Positions 62,167 through 64,000 of a DNA stretch of 64,000 bases are shown piece after piece. Location: NCBI GenBank assembly GCA_964036045.1, contig OZ038378.1, positions 1,984,001 to 2,048,000 of the forward strand, read 5' to 3'. The position numbers were made by a program, and so were the translations under genes. The DNA is from Eutreptiella sp. 'Long Island Sound 2002' (taxonomy: Eukaryota; Protista; Euglenida). Under the pieces are notes generated by a model. That model made no database searches, was not told where the DNA came from, and saw only the letters and a program-made list of their open reading frames with translations. Numbering within the stretch: position 1 is the first letter of the stretch; each line of letters starts with the position of its first letter.

Positions 62167-64000
62167 TTAAAAGTAGCTGCCCCTCCCGCTCATGGACCCG
62201 TTGACGGGCAAGCCGGCAAGCCAGTGGCCTTGTAGCTCCAAGGCCGCTGCAATCCACTCCTCTCTCGTCGTCTCTGTCTTGGGTGTAGTCGCCCAGCGGG
62301 CGACGGCGGCGGCCATGCCTGCTGCAACAGCATCTCGCCTCCGCTCGTTGCGCCAAGGACCCGGACAGCCTTTTTTTAAACCTGCAACACGACAAACACG
62401 AACTTCAGGTGAGTGAAGCAGCGTTCCTTCCATATCCTCTGAATCCTTCCAAGACAAATGACAATTACGGCGACCTGCACATAAAGATTTGAGCGTGTGT
62501 CAGAGATGCTGCTGGTCCCCGTGCCGGGTCCGCCAGATGTGAACGCCACCTCTTGCCCGAAGGCTGCCCACCCAATCAGGTGCCTGGATGTGGGGATTCT
62601 CTGTGTTTGCATATCAATGGATTGCATGGCGCTCACAGAAGGGGACCCAGTTGGATTTTGGCAAAATGAAATGCATTACTCCGTACACATCGACCTGATC
62701 TGTTTTGGCCACTACAGAATCTGGGTCCAGGAGGGTAGGGTGGCGAGTCCCACCTCCCATGGTTGTTGGCTGTTCTGCTCCGTGCTTTGCCACCAGCGGT
62801 TGATGGTAAACATCAAACGACATTCACCCGTAAGCTCTGCCTTTGTAGAAGCCTTGCCACATCTTCGACAAACTCGGGGGAGGGATGTGCTTCCCCAACA
62901 TGGGAGATATATTCTTGGTCACCCGTTCGCAACGCCATGGCTGGCAACTGGGTGTTACTCGGCATGCTCGGGACATTCCTATTGACAGTTGTTGCTGTAG
63001 ACTGCGAGGGGGCAGCGCGTCTACCGCGATTGCACCCTCTTTGCGAACAGCCTTGCGACAGACCCACCCTCTTTGTTAGAGTACGCTCATACAATAGGAA
63101 TGTCACCTGTCGCGAAGCGCCAGGGGGCCGTCGCCTTGTCATTGAGGCATCATCACACAACCACCACTCGTCGCCAACCAAACTGTGTACAACAAAGTGC
63201 CCTTGCTCCCTAGTCGCTGCAATGTGCAGCACTATGGCCCGGAGGGACCAATCGTACCCTTTGACATCCACAAACTCATGATCCATAGTCAAGCTGTGAA
63301 GCTATTGATTGTGGATGTGGAGTGGAGCCAACTTGTTGAACACCAGCGACACCTGTACAGGGGCCTCCTGGAGATCCCCCCCACAGTAACACGGGGGAGC
63401 GTTTGAAGGGCGGCCCAGCGAACGGCCCTTTGTTCCCTCCCTTATCCGCTTTTGCACACTTTGCCCCTAATTAGTACCATGCAACACCTGGGTAGCCATT
63501 GCCATCTCCCCTCCACCATGGAGGATTTTCTTGTCACATACGGGGCACCGCTGCCACCATTGCTCATGACACAAGCAGTCAGATAGATAACGAACACTGG
63601 CACCAATCAGCTTCGGTACCATGTGCTTCCAACACTGAGCCATCTCGGACTGTTGCTTCCACTGGAGCTTGGGAACCTTCTGAGCACATTGACACCAACC
63701 ACTGCAATGGCACACAGTAACTGTCAGCTTCCCCTCCCCCGCCAAGTGGCGTGCAACGGCATGCGGATTGTACACAACACCGGATGTACCAACCACCATA
63801 TCCCCCCAAAGTGTAGCCCACACCGCCAGATCATCTGGGCACTCATCATGGAAAGCACCATGTCCGCCAAAGGCCAGGAGGAGGCACTGCAATGTAGTAC
63901 CAACCCAGCAGTAGTTGCGATTTGGTGGGTTCGCCATGCCACACGGCTGCTGCTGTGCTCCACCTTGCGGACCGCCACTAACCTGCACGTAGGCGGAAGG
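62167..64000 (-). pseudogene. Ubiquitin-specific protease (C19/USP) domain within a long disrupted ORF running off the window
   Basis: Cys box GMANPPNRNYCWVGTTLQCL and His box YDWSLRAIVLHI...GHFVV...WWLCDDA...LLYER lie in one frame (64000-62813), broken only by TAG 63469-63467 and TAG 63304-63302. Further broken frames continue to 62167. Confidence 0.8.

Overview
This is eukaryotic nuclear DNA that looks repeat-rich and heterochromatic: GT-AG introns, (TA)n tracts, poly-G/C runs, satellites and transposon relics. I cannot identify the host from the sequence. Two islands of compact, short, mixed-orientation genes with A-rich leaders (about 19.6-29.9 kb and 47.9-54.6 kb) resemble a decaying giant-virus (Nucleocytoviricota-like) insertion. 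They hold F-box/LRR, RING-variant, HAD and small membrane proteins. No capsid, packaging ATPase or PolB hallmark gene is visible, so the viral call is an inference from gene content and layout. Standout observations: (1) a HAD phosphatase with its motifs in circularly permuted order; (2) a roughly 20-copy 252-bp satellite whose consensus is one open 84-codon frame; (3) premature stops that are mostly TAG, pointing to CHG-type deamination or amber read-through; (4) in-frame spliceosomal introns in island genes, including a UBL-RanBP2-zf-CW protein; (5) many ubiquitin/SUMO modules (F-box x3, RINGv, UBL, NZF, ULP1, USP). Other relics are a hAT transposase, a CCCH-finger long ORF, a SET plus AT-hook gene and a MITE inside a (TA)n tract. 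All domain calls are by eye from motifs; no database search was run.
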